This document shows, one piece after another, positions 13,171 through 25,598 of a stretch of 64,000 bases of DNA. Both the position numbers and the translations under genes were made by a program. Origin of the DNA: Babesia bigemina (lineage: Eukaryota); the NCBI RefSeq assembly GCF_000981445.1, contig NC_027220.1, positions 372,001 through 436,000 on the forward strand. Reading direction: 5' to 3'. The notes beneath the pieces are model-generated. The model searched no databases. It saw only the letters and a program-made list of their open reading frames with translations, and was not told the origin of the DNA. The stretch's first letter is position 1, and each line of letters opens with the position of its first letter.

Positions 13171-16140
13171 ATGAATATGAAGCAATCTGCGGGGTCGGCC
13201 GCATTTGATGGCTCTCGGGAGCGTGCCGAGGCGTCAGTATCGTCGTTGCTCTCTTCATTTTACGACGTCGATCAACAGGATGAGGCCACTGATGGAAGTA
13301 AAGCCTTTTCACCAAACGACCAAAGTCAAGATTCATGGGATGAGGCGTTAATGAGCGGCGCCATATTCGGAAATGAGGATTTTGACGTTGATCAGTGTCT
13401 TACGACCGCGCTCAAAAAATATTCAATGGTGGAGCTAATTGCTCTCCTTAGGAGATTGGAACGTGAGGTTAGGCAGTTCACAGCAGGGAAACAGATTCTC
13501 ATATACGACAACTACGAATGCCTCTTTTCATCCCTAGACACGGTGCACGAAATAAACGCTGATCTAACCGTTCTCCAAAAGCAACTTTATACGCTGAAAT
13601 CATCGCAGATAAAGGCGTCGTCGGTTGATATATCTTCCAGATATGGGTTCCGTGAGAAATTACGTGGTATCACAGAGTTGAATCGTGTACTCAACATTTT
13701 CCAGGCACTAGCCTGCATCGCAACATGTCTTCACAACGCTACTAAGGAGCCAACAACCGGAGATGAAAGCAAGGAACATTTTTTTAAGTTGCTTGAGCTT
13801 TTAGGAAGGGTTTATGTAATATTGAATGTGGTAAGAGAGCGATCTGGTCCCAAGACAGCGAACATAAAACTCTTCCAGACATTCAACCAAAAGATAAGAA
13901 TTCTCATTCCAAACGTAGTCACCGGTATAGTTAGACACGTTAAAAGTGAATTCATGTCGCAGAATGTCCTTGTGGACATCTGCTGCAACTTGGCTGTGAC
14001 ACGCATTACCGCTAAACAGCTCTGGGAAATTTACTGGGTCAACAAATCTTTGGGGTTGAAAAGTCGGCTGCAAGAGTTGACAAACGAGGTAAGTGATTCC
14101 TCAGTGACGTTGCACAGCTTGTCTAACCATGTGATTAACTTCCTCATGTATGTGTTGGAAGCAGTTTACTCGGATGGTTACTTCAAACTTGCCAGATTCA
14201 TTGAATCGAATGCGGACGGGATGCCAGATGGAGATGAAGCGATTGCCAAGGAACGTGATATGGCGTGTATTTTCTGCTGTGAAGACGATTGTGACATTAT
14301 ATTTGAGTACCACGGAAACGGTGCTGATGGCAGTGTCGAAGAGGAGCATGCTGGCAACAATACGGCCGAAACTCCCGTGTATAAATACTATTGGCTTGCT
14401 AACCACCGCCCAAAGCAATGCGTGTGCATTAAAGAGAATATTGTGGAACAGTTTGTTGTATGTTATGTTCAGTTGGCCTTTGCCACTCTGCAGCCCCGTC
14501 TCATGGATCGGTCCAAACACGTTACGTGGAACGAAATTATTTTTGTTCTGACATGTATTTTAGATAAGATTAAATCTGTTCCAAAAGGTGAAACCATGGC
14601 GAAACTGCTTGCAGACATCAGTTTTGGTTGGATTCTACTTACGGTCCTACTATACTTGCAGAAACAATTTTACCCGGTGTACGATGCCGTCGCATCCGCC
14701 ATCGTATCAGCGTCGGAGGGCAGAAATGATGATAGTCCTTTTGAGGATGTTTATATTAAGGTGGAGCGCATATTAAAAGATGACGTTGCTGATGTAATGC
14801 GTTTCGTTGACGATTTGGGGGATGCCATGCACCTTTCTTTGCGACCCTTGTTTACGTCATTTCTTGCTTTCTACATCGGTTCCTTGAAAAGTGTCTTTAA
14901 TGCGCAATTTAATGTGTTGGTACATGCATCTGAGGCCAGGCAAGAGGATGAATACAGTCTGGGATCGCTGGCTTGGTTGCTATCGTTGCGCGGAAACAAG
15001 GAATCGAACCGCCGCGAGTTGATGGGGGAGCGTATCAAAGAATCCAGGGCCAATTATCGCCATGCGGAAGCTAATAAATCCATATTAGGAATCGCATTCG
15101 ATGAGGAATCGGTTGAATCTGAACTGCTCCTCCTTAGGTTAGGACTCTCAGTTGAACACTACTTGGAATGGAAAATGCGGATGCATGCTAAAGACCTTCC
15201 ACCTGTGGGAAATAATATGAGAGCAACGTTGACACATCTTGTGGCCTTGATGGCGCCTTTTAACGGTGTATTTAATCGCATTAAAACTCTTACAGGACAG
15301 CACTGCAGCGGCGCATCTTCCATGCTCACAAGCGGTGCCCTGGAAATGATGCTACCGAATGTCCCTATCTCACCCGTCAATGTGTTCGATAAAGAAATTA
15401 ACACCTGCACTTATCTAACGGGGTTGATGGATTTCGCAATCGGGCAAAACTATTTAGAAGGTCTCTTGCGCAACCACCACATACATCTTACCGCCATGGT
15501 GCACGCTGCTCATCGCTTTGCGAAGGAACACTCAACTTTTGGTTTGGTTCCCATAATCAAGGTGGCTTCGTGTGATGTGAAGCGTAGCAACCGCTACGCC
15601 TTAATGGAGGGATCTGTGCTCTTAGATATGCATCATATTACACTACGGGTGCTGTCGCATGTGATGATCACTTGCATGAGGAGGGCGAACACTCTGATCA
15701 GGCACGCAATGGAGAGCTTAGAATACGGGGATGTGGCGGCGGAATCTGCTGTTAGGGATCTCACGGGAGTGCTTTATGATGTGATAGAGTTTCTTAATGC
15801 CACTGCCGATCCTACTCTCAGCGGGGAAATTACTTACATTCAAGTGGCCGAACTGAACAGGAAACTAAAGTATATGTCGTCTAAAAGCGACGTAGATGCA
15901 TACAATGTCATTCAGGAACTCTCGTTTGTACCATCTAAGGACATGTGCCTAAAACTGTTCACAATCCATGTTGCGCAAAGCATTGCTCGAAATTCGAGGC
16001 TTCACGTAATAAGCAAAGAAACTCTTCGTGGGCTCACGTCGCGCATAGAAAAACAGTTGGTAATGGCTTTCAAGAAGAGTTCCGATGCTGAACAAATGAA
16101 GCGAGTTTTCACGCAACTAGCAAGTACGGACACGGCGTGA
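13171..16140 (+). CDS. VPS51: Vps51/Vps67 family (GARP complex subunit) protein, 989 aa
   Basis: N-terminal LLSSFY...FDVDQCL...LRRLEREVRQFTAGKQILIYDNYECLFSSLDTV matches the Vps51 N-terminal pattern (L..EI..LD...Q.LVY.NY..FI.A.DTI). The rest is helical. Confidence 0.75.
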   Translation: MNMKQSAGSAAFDGSRERAEASVSSLLSSFYDVDQQDEATDGSKAFSPNDQSQDSWDEALMSGAIFGNEDFDVDQCLTTALKKYSMVELIALLRRLEREVRQFTAGKQILIYDNYECLFSSLDTVHEINADLTVLQKQLYTLKSSQIKASSVDISSRYGFREKLRGITELNRVLNIFQALACIATCLHNATKEPTTGDESKEHFFKLLELLGRVYVILNVVRERSGPKTANIKLFQTFNQKIRILIPNVVTGIVRHVKSEFMSQNVLVDICCNLAVTRITAKQLWEIYWVNKSLGLKSRLQELTNEVSDSSVTLHSLSNHVINFLMYVLEAVYSDGYFKLARFIESNADGMPDGDEAIAKERDMACIFCCEDDCDIIFEYHGNGADGSVEEEHAGNNTAETPVYKYYWLANHRPKQCVCIKENIVEQFVVCYVQLAFATLQPRLMDRSKHVTWNEIIFVLTCILDKIKSVPKGETMAKLLADISFGWILLTVLLYLQKQFYPVYDAVASAIVSASEGRNDDSPFEDVYIKVERILKDDVADVMRFVDDLGDAMHLSLRPLFTSFLAFYIGSLKSVFNAQFNVLVHASEARQEDEYSLGSLAWLLSLRGNKESNRRELMGERIKESRANYRHAEANKSILGIAFDEESVESELLLLRLGLSVEHYLEWKMRMHAKDLPPVGNNMRATLTHLVALMAPFNGVFNRIKTLTGQHCSGASSMLTSGALEMMLPNVPISPVNVFDKEINTCTYLTGLMDFAIGQNYLEGLLRNHHIHLTAMVHAAHRFAKEHSTFGLVPIIKVASCDVKRSNRYALMEGSVLLDMHHITLRVLSHVMITCMRRANTLIRHAMESLEYGDVAAESAVRDLTGVLYDVIEFLNATADPTLSGEITYIQVAELNRKLKYMSSKSDVDAYNVIQELSFVPSKDMCLKLFTIHVAQSIARNSRLHVISKETLRGLTSRIEKQLVMAFKKSSDAEQMKRVFTQLASTDTA

Positions 16141-16181
16141 TTGCCCCTACCACATAAAACAGACTCATTTTCATAGTAAAA

Positions 16182-17060
16182 ATGAAATTACACCCTAGCC
16201 AATATAGTTATATTAAAAGGGCGAATGAGCTAGAGGAAATATCGCCCGCTTCATCGTTTTACTGCCTCAACTATGTAATAGACAAGGTATCCCAGGTTTA
16301 CCAAGATAACAAAAGCGGTAATGATTTTATTATATAGTTGAATAATACGGCAGATCTTGAAGTTAAGAACACCTTGATACAGCTTCTGGACAGGGCTGAG
16401 ACGCTGAAGGAGGCCCGTGGTCCATTCGAGCTCTCACAGTTCGTGGAATTCGCGTCATGTAAGCTTTTATTAACCGCAACAACATGTATATGACGATGTG
16501 TAGGCCTCTTGGATGCAGCTGAAGCCGACAATGACCCTCAGTCCGCTTTCAACCGATTTTTTGTCGCTGGCAAACTGTTCGACGTCGTAGTACACTTCAG
16601 CGGCGATTCTAAACACAAGGAGCTACGGTAAGCGTGCCTATAAATACGCACATCGCTCACGCAGGCGATACGCCCAGTTCAGGGCCCTTCAGGAGAAGAG
16701 GCAAATCTCGGGAGACGAATCATCGACATCGCAACAGACAATCGAGGAAGCGTCCGAAAGCGCGGGCGTGTCAAGCGCTCAGCATCAACATACAAATGCA
16801 ATCCGAGAGACAAGGTCAGAAACAGAAGAGTTGAAAGCGCCTGAGCACACGCCGGCGGCAGAGGCATATGACCTTCAAATGGCAGAGAACGCGATGAAGT
16901 CTGCGCGATTAGCCGTTTCAGGTAGGCGCACATAATCCATGTTCCCAATATAATGGTGTATCAAAACCCTGCAGCGCTATCCTTCCAAGACTTCAAAGAA
17001 GCATCTTTGCATCTTAAGGATGCCCTGGCGACTTTGGAACGCATGGGATATGACACTTAA
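16182..17060 (+). CDS. VTA1: Vta1/LIP5 (Vps4 activator, ESCRT-III accessory), 5 exons
   Basis: Exons 16182-16286, 16338-16458, 16504-16627, 16665-16921 and 16975-17060 are joined by GT-AG introns in frame. They give the MIT region (YIKRANELEEISPASSFYCLNY...LIQLLDRAETLK...FFVAGKLFDVV...RRYAQFRA) and a C-terminal VSL domain (AENAMKSARLAVSALSFQDFKEASLHLKDALATL). Confidence 0.85.
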
Positions 17061-17061
17061 T

Positions 17062-19377
17062 TTATTGCGCCACAGGCCAAATAAATTTAATTGCATCACT
17101 GCAAAGTTCCTCGTTTTCATCGGTCTTAATGCTTTCCAACATTCGCTTTAGCATTATAGCCCACCTTTGGTTAGTGTTTATTGGGAGGGCTGTCCGTGGC
17201 GACGTAATCTGTATGGTGCTTCCTTCATTATCAACCATTATCCTTTTTATCGTATTTATCCAAGACCCTAATGAAATTTTGTCTCTCTCGCTTTCGCACT
17301 TAACTTGCTCATCGTTAGAAATGGTATCCAAGGCGTTGGACAAAGCTGTGTCGACATATGCCGCAGTTTCGGACTGAGTCGCACGCAGGCATGGTGCGTG
17401 GGAGTCAGGCTCGTGCCAATCAAATGGTGTCACTTCGTCTAGGTTATTTCCTGCCATGCAAACGGACACATACATTTCGCATCCAATTTTCAACTTCATA
17501 AACATTTCCCTCAGTGCGTTGTATTGTAAACCCTCCGATTCGTTGGAGCTAAAAGTATTCAATAAAATGGCTATCTCCCCTATAGCATCCAGCGGTAAGT
17601 TGTAGAATGGTTGCGTTAAGTGCTTGGCGTAATCCAGATCGCCACCCTTGTCAGGGATGGTGAGAGCGCAAACAAATGACCCCGCTTCGTTGGCCTCTAT
17701 CCATACTCGCTTGACAGAGAAGCCGCATGAGGAACGCTTCAACGTTGCGGCAATGCCGTCAAATATTCTGTCTAAAACCAATCCAGTCGAATGCTCCAGT
17801 GTCAGGTGACCTGGCTTACGTTGTAGGTGACCAATTTTTAGTAAAAAGGTGTGATGATTTCTTCGAGGCAGTTTCAAAGTCATTGCAAATGTCGATAATT
17901 CGCGCGCTTCCGTGATTTTTTCTTTATTTTCCGATGCTACATTGATTAGAGGTCTGGAAGCGTCAGAATCTTGCTGCGTTGTTGAAGGCTCCTGATTCTC
18001 ACCTCCGAAAAACGTACTAAATTGCGAACTAAAGGACCAAGCGTCGTTTGCTTTGACTTTTAACGCTTCATTTTCCACAATCTTATCCTCTGGGCTCCCG
18101 ACTGGAATGTGGGGTGAGTTAGGGGTGACGCTGAGTTGAGTAGACAGCCCATTTTCATCCTCCACTGCGTTATTTGCGGTGTCAGGTTTATTCAATACTA
18201 ATTCATCTTCATTTGTTTGAGCAACAACGTCCAGATCGTTCCTATTGCATACATTGTTGACGAGATTGTTTATGTCCAATACAGACACCCTGTATTTAGG
18301 GTCGCTGCCCACATACACAGCACATATATCATTGGCTGTTACACTTTGTGAGGGTGACACAATCATATCGGATGGACTTAAGTGATATGTTATGCATTCT
18401 TTTAGTGGTACTAATTCCGAATCTGAGATAGAATCGCGCGACATAGGGATGTCGCTGCTGCGTGGACATTGTTCTCTACTTACAATTGCAGATGAGCCGC
18501 TTCGCGTGTATTTCTCCAAACACTGAACACTTCCATATTCTTGGGCATCAGTACAAGATTCCTGAGATTGCAGTGATAGATTTGGTGCGTGTATATTGTC
18601 GTATTGTTTAGTAGACGAAATAAATTTGACGTCCTTGATGTTTATGTTAACAAACACGCACGCATCAGATACACTACACCCGGAAACAGCATCTGTAATA
18701 CATGAATCACCGAAAAGTTCAAAAGCAATCCGTGTCCCAAATAAATCTTTTGCACGTAATAGACGCAAACCATGTCCCGCGTAAACCACATTACCGTTGT
18801 ATATCACTGCCGTGTCTATCGCGATCTTAAACAAATGGGATTCTGAAAGATGAGCGCACTGGGAGCACGCACAACTGTTTTCACCGATATCGGTTTCCGT
18901 ACATGGAATAAAATCGCTTTTGCTACCCGTCGGTACACCATTGTGGCTGGCGGCCGGCCGGCGTCCCATAAGGTACAGCGGTAACCGTTCTTGATGTTTT
19001 AACAAACAAGTCGTATATTTACGGTTGCTCTTATTGAAACGTGATAGGATTGGTTTCGTTTCCACTGTGGAACATAGCTGCCACTCCTCTTTTGAGGTAC
19101 TTACCTTGTACTCAACTTTGACCGAAAAAACCACGAAGCAAGATTCGGGTGGTTTTAAATGCCGAGATTTTTCAAATCCTTTAGGTGTATCACCATTTTC
19201 ATCAGCAGATAAAGGGTGTTTTGGTAATTGAAATCTTTGCTCATCAAAAATATGTCCACTGCTGCATCTTAGTGACACTGCACTAAAATTGAAGAGCAAC
19301 GTCCCCCTTCTTTTGGCGTTGCAATACCCTGATGTTTCAGCAGACCGCCGTACAACCATGCTTGGTGAGATGTTCAA
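17062..19377 (-). CDS. Hypothetical protein, about 770 aa (true start uncertain; first ATG at about 19359)
   Basis: Long uninterrupted ORF with globular ends and a Ser/acidic low-complexity middle. No family recognised. Confidence 0.7.
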   Translation of the reverse strand: MNISPSMVVRRSAETSGYCNAKRRGTLLFNFSAVSLRCSSGHIFDEQRFQLPKHPLSADENGDTPKGFEKSRHLKPPESCFVVFSVKVEYKVSTSKEEWQLCSTVETKPILSRFNKSNRKYTTCLLKHQERLPLYLMGRRPAASHNGVPTGSKSDFIPCTETDIGENSCACSQCAHLSESHLFKIAIDTAVIYNGNVVYAGHGLRLLRAKDLFGTRIAFELFGDSCITDAVSGCSVSDACVFVNINIKDVKFISSTKQYDNIHAPNLSLQSQESCTDAQEYGSVQCLEKYTRSGSSAIVSREQCPRSSDIPMSRDSISDSELVPLKECITYHLSPSDMIVSPSQSVTANDICAVYVGSDPKYRVSVLDINNLVNNVCNRNDLDVVAQTNEDELVLNKPDTANNAVEDENGLSTQLSVTPNSPHIPVGSPEDKIVENEALKVKANDAWSFSSQFSTFFGGENQEPSTTQQDSDASRPLINVASENKEKITEARELSTFAMTLKLPRRNHHTFLLKIGHLQRKPGHLTLEHSTGLVLDRIFDGIAATLKRSSCGFSVKRVWIEANEAGSFVCALTIPDKGGDLDYAKHLTQPFYNLPLDAIGEIAILLNTFSSNESEGLQYNALREMFMKLKIGCEMYVSVCMAGNNLDEVTPFDWHEPDSHAPCLRATQSETAAYVDTALSNALDTISNDEQVKCESERDKISLGSWINTIKRIMVDNEGSTIQITSPRTALPINTNQRWAIMLKRMLESIKTDENEELCSDAIKFIWPVAQ

Positions 19378-20234
19378 TTTAGTTTTATACGCAATTGGAA
19401 ATTAATGCAACACGAAGGTAGCTGAAGGGATTCAATCTGAATGCTGAGGCTATATTCTGCACGTGTGTACATCTCAGTAACGTCAATATAGCCATCAGCA
19501 GTGTGTTAAACCACATCGCAATGAGAAATTCCTACATAGAAAAACTTCAACAACCTTTAGCACGGAAGACACGGTCTTTGCCATAATTTTTGATCGCATA
19601 CGTAAGAATCCCAATGGTTGACAGTTTCATACAGCGGTGCCTATCCTACGTGTGCGCCCTTTATAGGCTGAGGATAACACACAGCCATGTGTCACTGGTA
19701 TTACCTGAATGGTGGTGGCATTAGAGGCGACATAGAAAATTTTGTTTTTCAAATGAATACAAGCTGTTCTATATTTATGTAAGCCCTTGAAGTGTGAAAC
19801 GGGTTAAAAGACGCCGCTTGACGCTAGGAATCTTGCTGCGACAAGTGTTCGACAGGAACAAACGAAAAATGACAACTTATCTGTCGTTATTTGTACACAC
19901 ATCGCTAATCCATTATACAAAAATTATATAAACAACCTTTCTAGGTAATTTGGCAATTTAACGAAACTAAACGAGACCGCGGTATCATTGCACGACGTAA
20001 CGGCGCGGATTCATGATTAACACACGGAACTCACATCTGGCACGGGTTTTATCCTTGTCTACAAGTTATTTCTGTTAATTTATTTCGTCTAAAGTTATCT
20101 TATGACGGTATATTTCCCCATATACATCAGAAAGTTGTATCTTTGGCGGGCCTAAGGATCACATCCCACGACACATCCATATATTAGACTTCACCTAAAG
20201 CAGCTTGAAATGTTCGTTTTAAACATTCAATAAC

Positions 20235-23200
20235 ATGATACCGATCGAAATGGACCTTGGATATCGCCTTATGGCGGATGAAAATGAAGATGTACCTATC
20301 TTTAGAGCCGAAATTAAACCGCTCATTCCTGAGCGACGTGCTACCCCGGGAATTCATAAGTGTGTCATGAAGAATGATTTTGATGCGTTGAAACGGATCC
20401 TTGCTTCAAGGAGGAGGGAATCCATCAATGACTGTGATCACTTTGGTCGCACTCCGCTGCACATTGCAATGCAGATGGCGAACCCAAAAGCACTTTATCT
20501 GTTGCTCTACTATCCTCTTGTGCACCATTCAAAGGTATTTGCCACGCAAGACTGGGATCACTTGTTAGGTCACCTGGGTGACCGCCAATCAGATGATTGG
20601 GACGTAGATATCGCAATGGGATTGGATGAAAAGTGTGACAAAATGGAGTTGGATGATTCATTACATGATACAAATACTGAAAGTACGGGGCCACAGAGCA
20701 CTCGACTGGCCAAGGACACCGGGGTAGATAAATTCAAAGCACCATCCAGTGGAATACGGCGTAAAAAAGTGGAATGGTCACAAAATGAACAATGCAGTAA
20801 TGTAAATGGAACAAAAATTGATGGGTCATGGAAAATGGACACACGCTTGCTGAGGCACTGGGAGGATTCCCCAAGCAGCTATAATAAATCGGTGTTCGGG
20901 TTTGACCGTGGTTCGACAATCTTTGGTTGTGGTACGAAAGAGGTAGAAGCACTATATGAAGAACATTACAAATTTTTGGTTGGCGAACCCCATAACCTTG
21001 AAGTTGCTGCACGTAACTACTCTGCTATATACGCGGGTTTATACGCCAGCCACCCTGCCAATCTCAGCCATGTGATGGCAAGTATGGGAGAAGGGGTACC
21101 GAATATCCATACCACAATAACCTTTGAAAGGTCTCACGCAAACGATCGCAAATCTGTTGCTGTAACTACGCACCTCGCTGACTCATATCCATGTGGGGCC
21201 CCTGATGATGTAGAACAAAATGATGATGCACAAGAAATGAAAGAACACAACACAGAGAGAAGTACGGGAAAGGGTGTGGATAACAGGGATAGTAATGCAA
21301 TTACGGGTTATTCTAACTCAGCTCAGCATTCTCATAGTTCGCTAAGGCCGCATCTACGTGATATGGTAAATGCTACGTTAACACGAAGAGATTGTTTACC
21401 TGTGCCCCTTGCTACTACTGATCTGCTGTTCACGTACGACAAAACATCTCCCATACACCTTCTTTTCTCGAATATATACATTGAAAGCTATCGCAATAAC
21501 ATAATTAAGTGCTTCCGCATACTTTTGCATTATTTCGGTAAATTCTCTGAATCTACTGAAGGCTCAGGTTCCCACGAGGGTAGCTTAGGCGAAGCATCGA
21601 GTGAGGAGAATGAGGTGTCGGAAACCCCCATTGTACCTGGAACGCCAACCGCGTCAAGTACAGAATTGGCGGCTATAGAAAGAAATACCCCTCAAAAACA
21701 CCCCGAGAATAGCGAACCTTCAACTCATAAAAGGCTTAACTTGACAAGCTGTGGGGTACCCAGCTCGTCACGCAATGCATTCAACGGCGCCGATACGGAC
21801 GAAGCAGTTGAGAATCACTTCAAAAAGGCAAAGACATGCAAAGACACGAATAGTGGTTCCCGAGGAGATGGATCCACGCGTAACACGGTGCGAATGGATA
21901 CTGGGGAGTCCGATGGTGCAGTTGGTAATTTGATAGGAAAATCACAACTTAGCGCAGTTCCTACAGTGACGGATACCTCTAAGCGTGTAGAATATACAAA
22001 AACGGCCCATGCTACTGAGTATGAATCGTCCCAATGGGATTCGGTAGATGCTGTCGTTACCATCGATGCCGTAAGTGAATGCGCAGTACCCCTAAATGAG
22101 CAAAAGGAAAATTTGGTGCCTTGCTCAGGCAATCCCACGCCAATTAGAGATTTGGTGAATAGGCCGAACGTCACACCAAATAACTTCAAAGGTCATCCTG
22201 GCATCAACCAAACTCTGTGTGCTGATGTTAGCGAAGTGGATGTTGACGCTATGGCAAGTACTTTCAAAGGTATCGGTGATATAAGACGTGGAAGACGTAT
22301 GATTAGGCACAAAAACTGTTCTCAGATAGCTGTCAAACCATCGGAGTTCCCGCTTGTAAGCAAGTACGTCTTGGGCGGGCACATGGATTACAAAATGCAA
22401 GCGCTCAATGACATCGTCTGCTCTTCGAGTTTACTAACTCCTACGATGCCATGGGAGACATTTTTGAATCAGCGTGACTATACCCGATCCAACCTGTTGC
22501 ACAAGGTCTGCCAAATTAGAGATGCGGATTTGATCAAATGGTTAATAGGGTGCGGATGTATGCCTCTGGTCGTGAACGAAGTGGGAGACCTGCCGGTACA
22601 CCTTGCAATGGATGCAAAGGATCCTTTGTGCCTCGTTACTATGCTGCATGAGACTTTAAAAGCGTTGTTCTACCACAAACGTTATATGACAGAAAGCAAA
22701 AGGAATAACGAAGAGGGGGCACATTTCCTGCAAGACGACCAACGCAATCTATGCCGCCGAGGTTTATCCTTCGAATCGTTCATGAAAAGCATCAAATTCT
22801 ACAAGCGTAGTGAAGGATGTGAAACTTCTGTTGTTGTAGAGGCAGCGCAGGCTACATCCATCATGAGGGCCTCTGTTGATGAAAAATGTCATCCTCGTTC
22901 CGAGGCACCCCATGTGCCTATAAATGAGGCAAGTTTGTTATGCACAGGTGAATATGGTCTTTTGAGGGATGTCGAATATTTTGCCATTTTTGAAGAGATG
23001 ATGAAGCTGATCGAACAGCTGACATACAGGGGTATAAAGGCTGGTGCTTGGGAGGCTATTGTGGCTATGTACTCGTATAATGAGGGCCTAACATTTCATG
23101 TATTGGCGAGCCCACAATACATGCACAGGTTCATAAAGCTGTCTATAATGATAGGAAACTCAAAGCATTTCATGGATGTTGCTTCCTTTATAGCAACTAC

Positions 23201-25598
23201 CCTTGTAAAAGCGGATGCAACCGAATCATCTGTTAAATCCTTAGAATCCGGTTACAGCACACATGGGAAGACATTGAATAATGTCGAAAATGTGTGTAAT
23301 GGTGCTGAAGCTGTAGGGAAGGTCGAGGTTGTGCCACGGAGTCAGAAACACGTCCAGTCCACGAACACAACCGCTGTGGGGAGATACAAGGGTTGTGCGT
23401 TTCCGTCGTTATCACTAAAGCGCGCCATCAACAGTATCACAATGTCAGTTACGGATGATCCGGCGTTGTACGTAACGTGTCCTGAAGCGACCGTTACACG
23501 CAGAGACGTGGACTCATTGTTGCAAAACTTCAGAGGTTAGTTTTTAACATCATGGGTGTAAATTTTTTGCAGGACATGTACCGAATCAGGACACCATTGC
23601 CGACAACAAGTACACATGGGTTATCACGCATCCCACGTGTTTACATCATCTAGCGCTCCCTGAACCCACCGACGCACCTAACCGACGTCATAGGCTGATT
23701 ATGTCATATCCTGAAAACCCCACGAGATTGGAAGTTATCATCACGAATGAAAATGGAATTCTAAGGAGTGACACCCTGGAACACATCAAACTGTTGCACA
23801 GCCCACCACCTGCCACTTTGGCAGATATTTTGAGGGTACACGACTGGGGTTACATTGATAAGTTGTTGAATCAAGTGCAAACTGCGCAAAAAAGATGGAT
23901 GGGGAACAATTACTGGCCGGTGCTAGCCGATGGTGACACTCCAGCAACACCGCATTCTTGGAACTCGGCGATGTATGCCGCAGGATCAGGTGAGTAGTTG
24001 GTCTTTCGTCTTATCATAATCGTCTCAGTGATTGCCGCAGTTGATGCTGTATGCAATGGGCACTGCCGCAATGCGTTCTGTGCGGTTAGACCACCTGGAC
24101 ACCACCTGGGTACGTGGGGAGGAGCACAATCGGCGGACTTCGAAGACGAAGATTTTGCGTAAGTCGTATTGTATATACACATTATACAGTTCTTAACAGG
24201 GCTGGCTCACAGGGATTCTGTCTCATAAACAACGTTGCGGTGGGTGCTGCATATGCCAAATATATGTACGCCAAAAAAGGAATCCGCAAAATTGCTATTA
24301 TCGACTTCGATATACATCACGGTAATGGCACCCATCAAATCGTTCTCAATATCGGGCCACGAAATGTTAGATGTAGACATGGCAACAATGGGGTGGGCAA
24401 CGATTCAAAGGCAAGTCAGTACAATCACCCACATTGGTTTGGATGGAGGGATGCCCACGATAGAGAAGAAGTTTTCTTTTCATCTATACATGCATACGAT
24501 GGTGTATTCTACCCAGGTACAGGTAGAACGTGTTCTAAGTACAAGTCATCGGAACCAAGGATTATAAACGTTGGTATACCAGAAGGTACAACATCTGCCG
24601 AATTCAAGATTCTATTCGAAGGTAAAATTCTCCCATACCTTCTACACTTTCAACCGGATCTCATTTTCATTTCAGCCGGGTTTGACGGCCATTATCGCGA
24701 TTCGGTTTCATCTGGTTTCGTTAGATACAACGAGAAAGATTTCTACTGGGCTACTGAGCGCCTGGTTGCCGTCGCGAATACCGTGTGCAGTGGTAGGGTA
24801 GTAAGCGTCCTGGAGGGTGGATATAATACACGGCTAGATACGCTTTCTCCATTTGCTAAATCAGTCTTTGAGCACGTTAAGGCGCTAAGCAACACGCACG
24901 AAGGATTCGTTTACCCATTCATGCACTCTCATAGAACGGTTGACATGTTGCTCCTTCCGATGCTAGATGACAAGTCGATTACGCCGCCGCAGTTAACAAA
25001 GTCGGATGCGGATAATTTGTCTATCCAAAGGGCAATGTCTAAATCCGCCTTCATTACTAAAGCCACTGATCAACTGTTGAGAAAAGCATATGGGATGCCG
25101 AGGATAAAATGCACCAATGGACCGCCGCTTTTCATGACTACACCCACGCATATAATGGGGCTCGAAGCTGTGGCTCAGACAGGAAATGCCTTTTACAGCT
25201 TTTATTCCAAGCACTTCCATTCACTTTTCATGGCTGACACGTACTTGGGGTCGAGAGAATACGTCCTTTCTGTCCTACACAATATACCTGCAATTGGCCA
25301 TGATGTGTTTACGTTCGACAAGTGCCTGGGAATCAGACCTCTTGGAAACAACGCAGGCGGATCGCTGTTTTCATACTCGGATGAATCGGTAACTATGTCC
25401 AAGATTGCCTCAGCCTTCATTATGCAGGTTGCTAACGCAGGAAATGACGGTCGCATGGATCAAAGATTCACCTCCAATGCTTGGGCCATGGGCATTAAAA
25501 TGAAGTCGCTAGAACGGCACGCAACTGCGGCCGCACTTCTCTGTGGATTCTTTCAGAAGTTTGAGTATCTATTCAAGTGTGAATGCAAATTACACTGA
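20235..25598 (+). CDS. Ankyrin-repeat class II histone deacetylase (4 exons)
   Basis: Ankyrin motifs DHFGRTPLHIAM and NEVGDLPVHLAM. The intron at about 23536-23572 joins the large exon in frame to the HDAC domain: YPENPTRL, VRPPGHH, GFCLINNVAVG, IIDFDIHHGNGT, SIH...FYPGTG, SAGFDGH.RD, VLEGGY. Confidence 0.9.
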
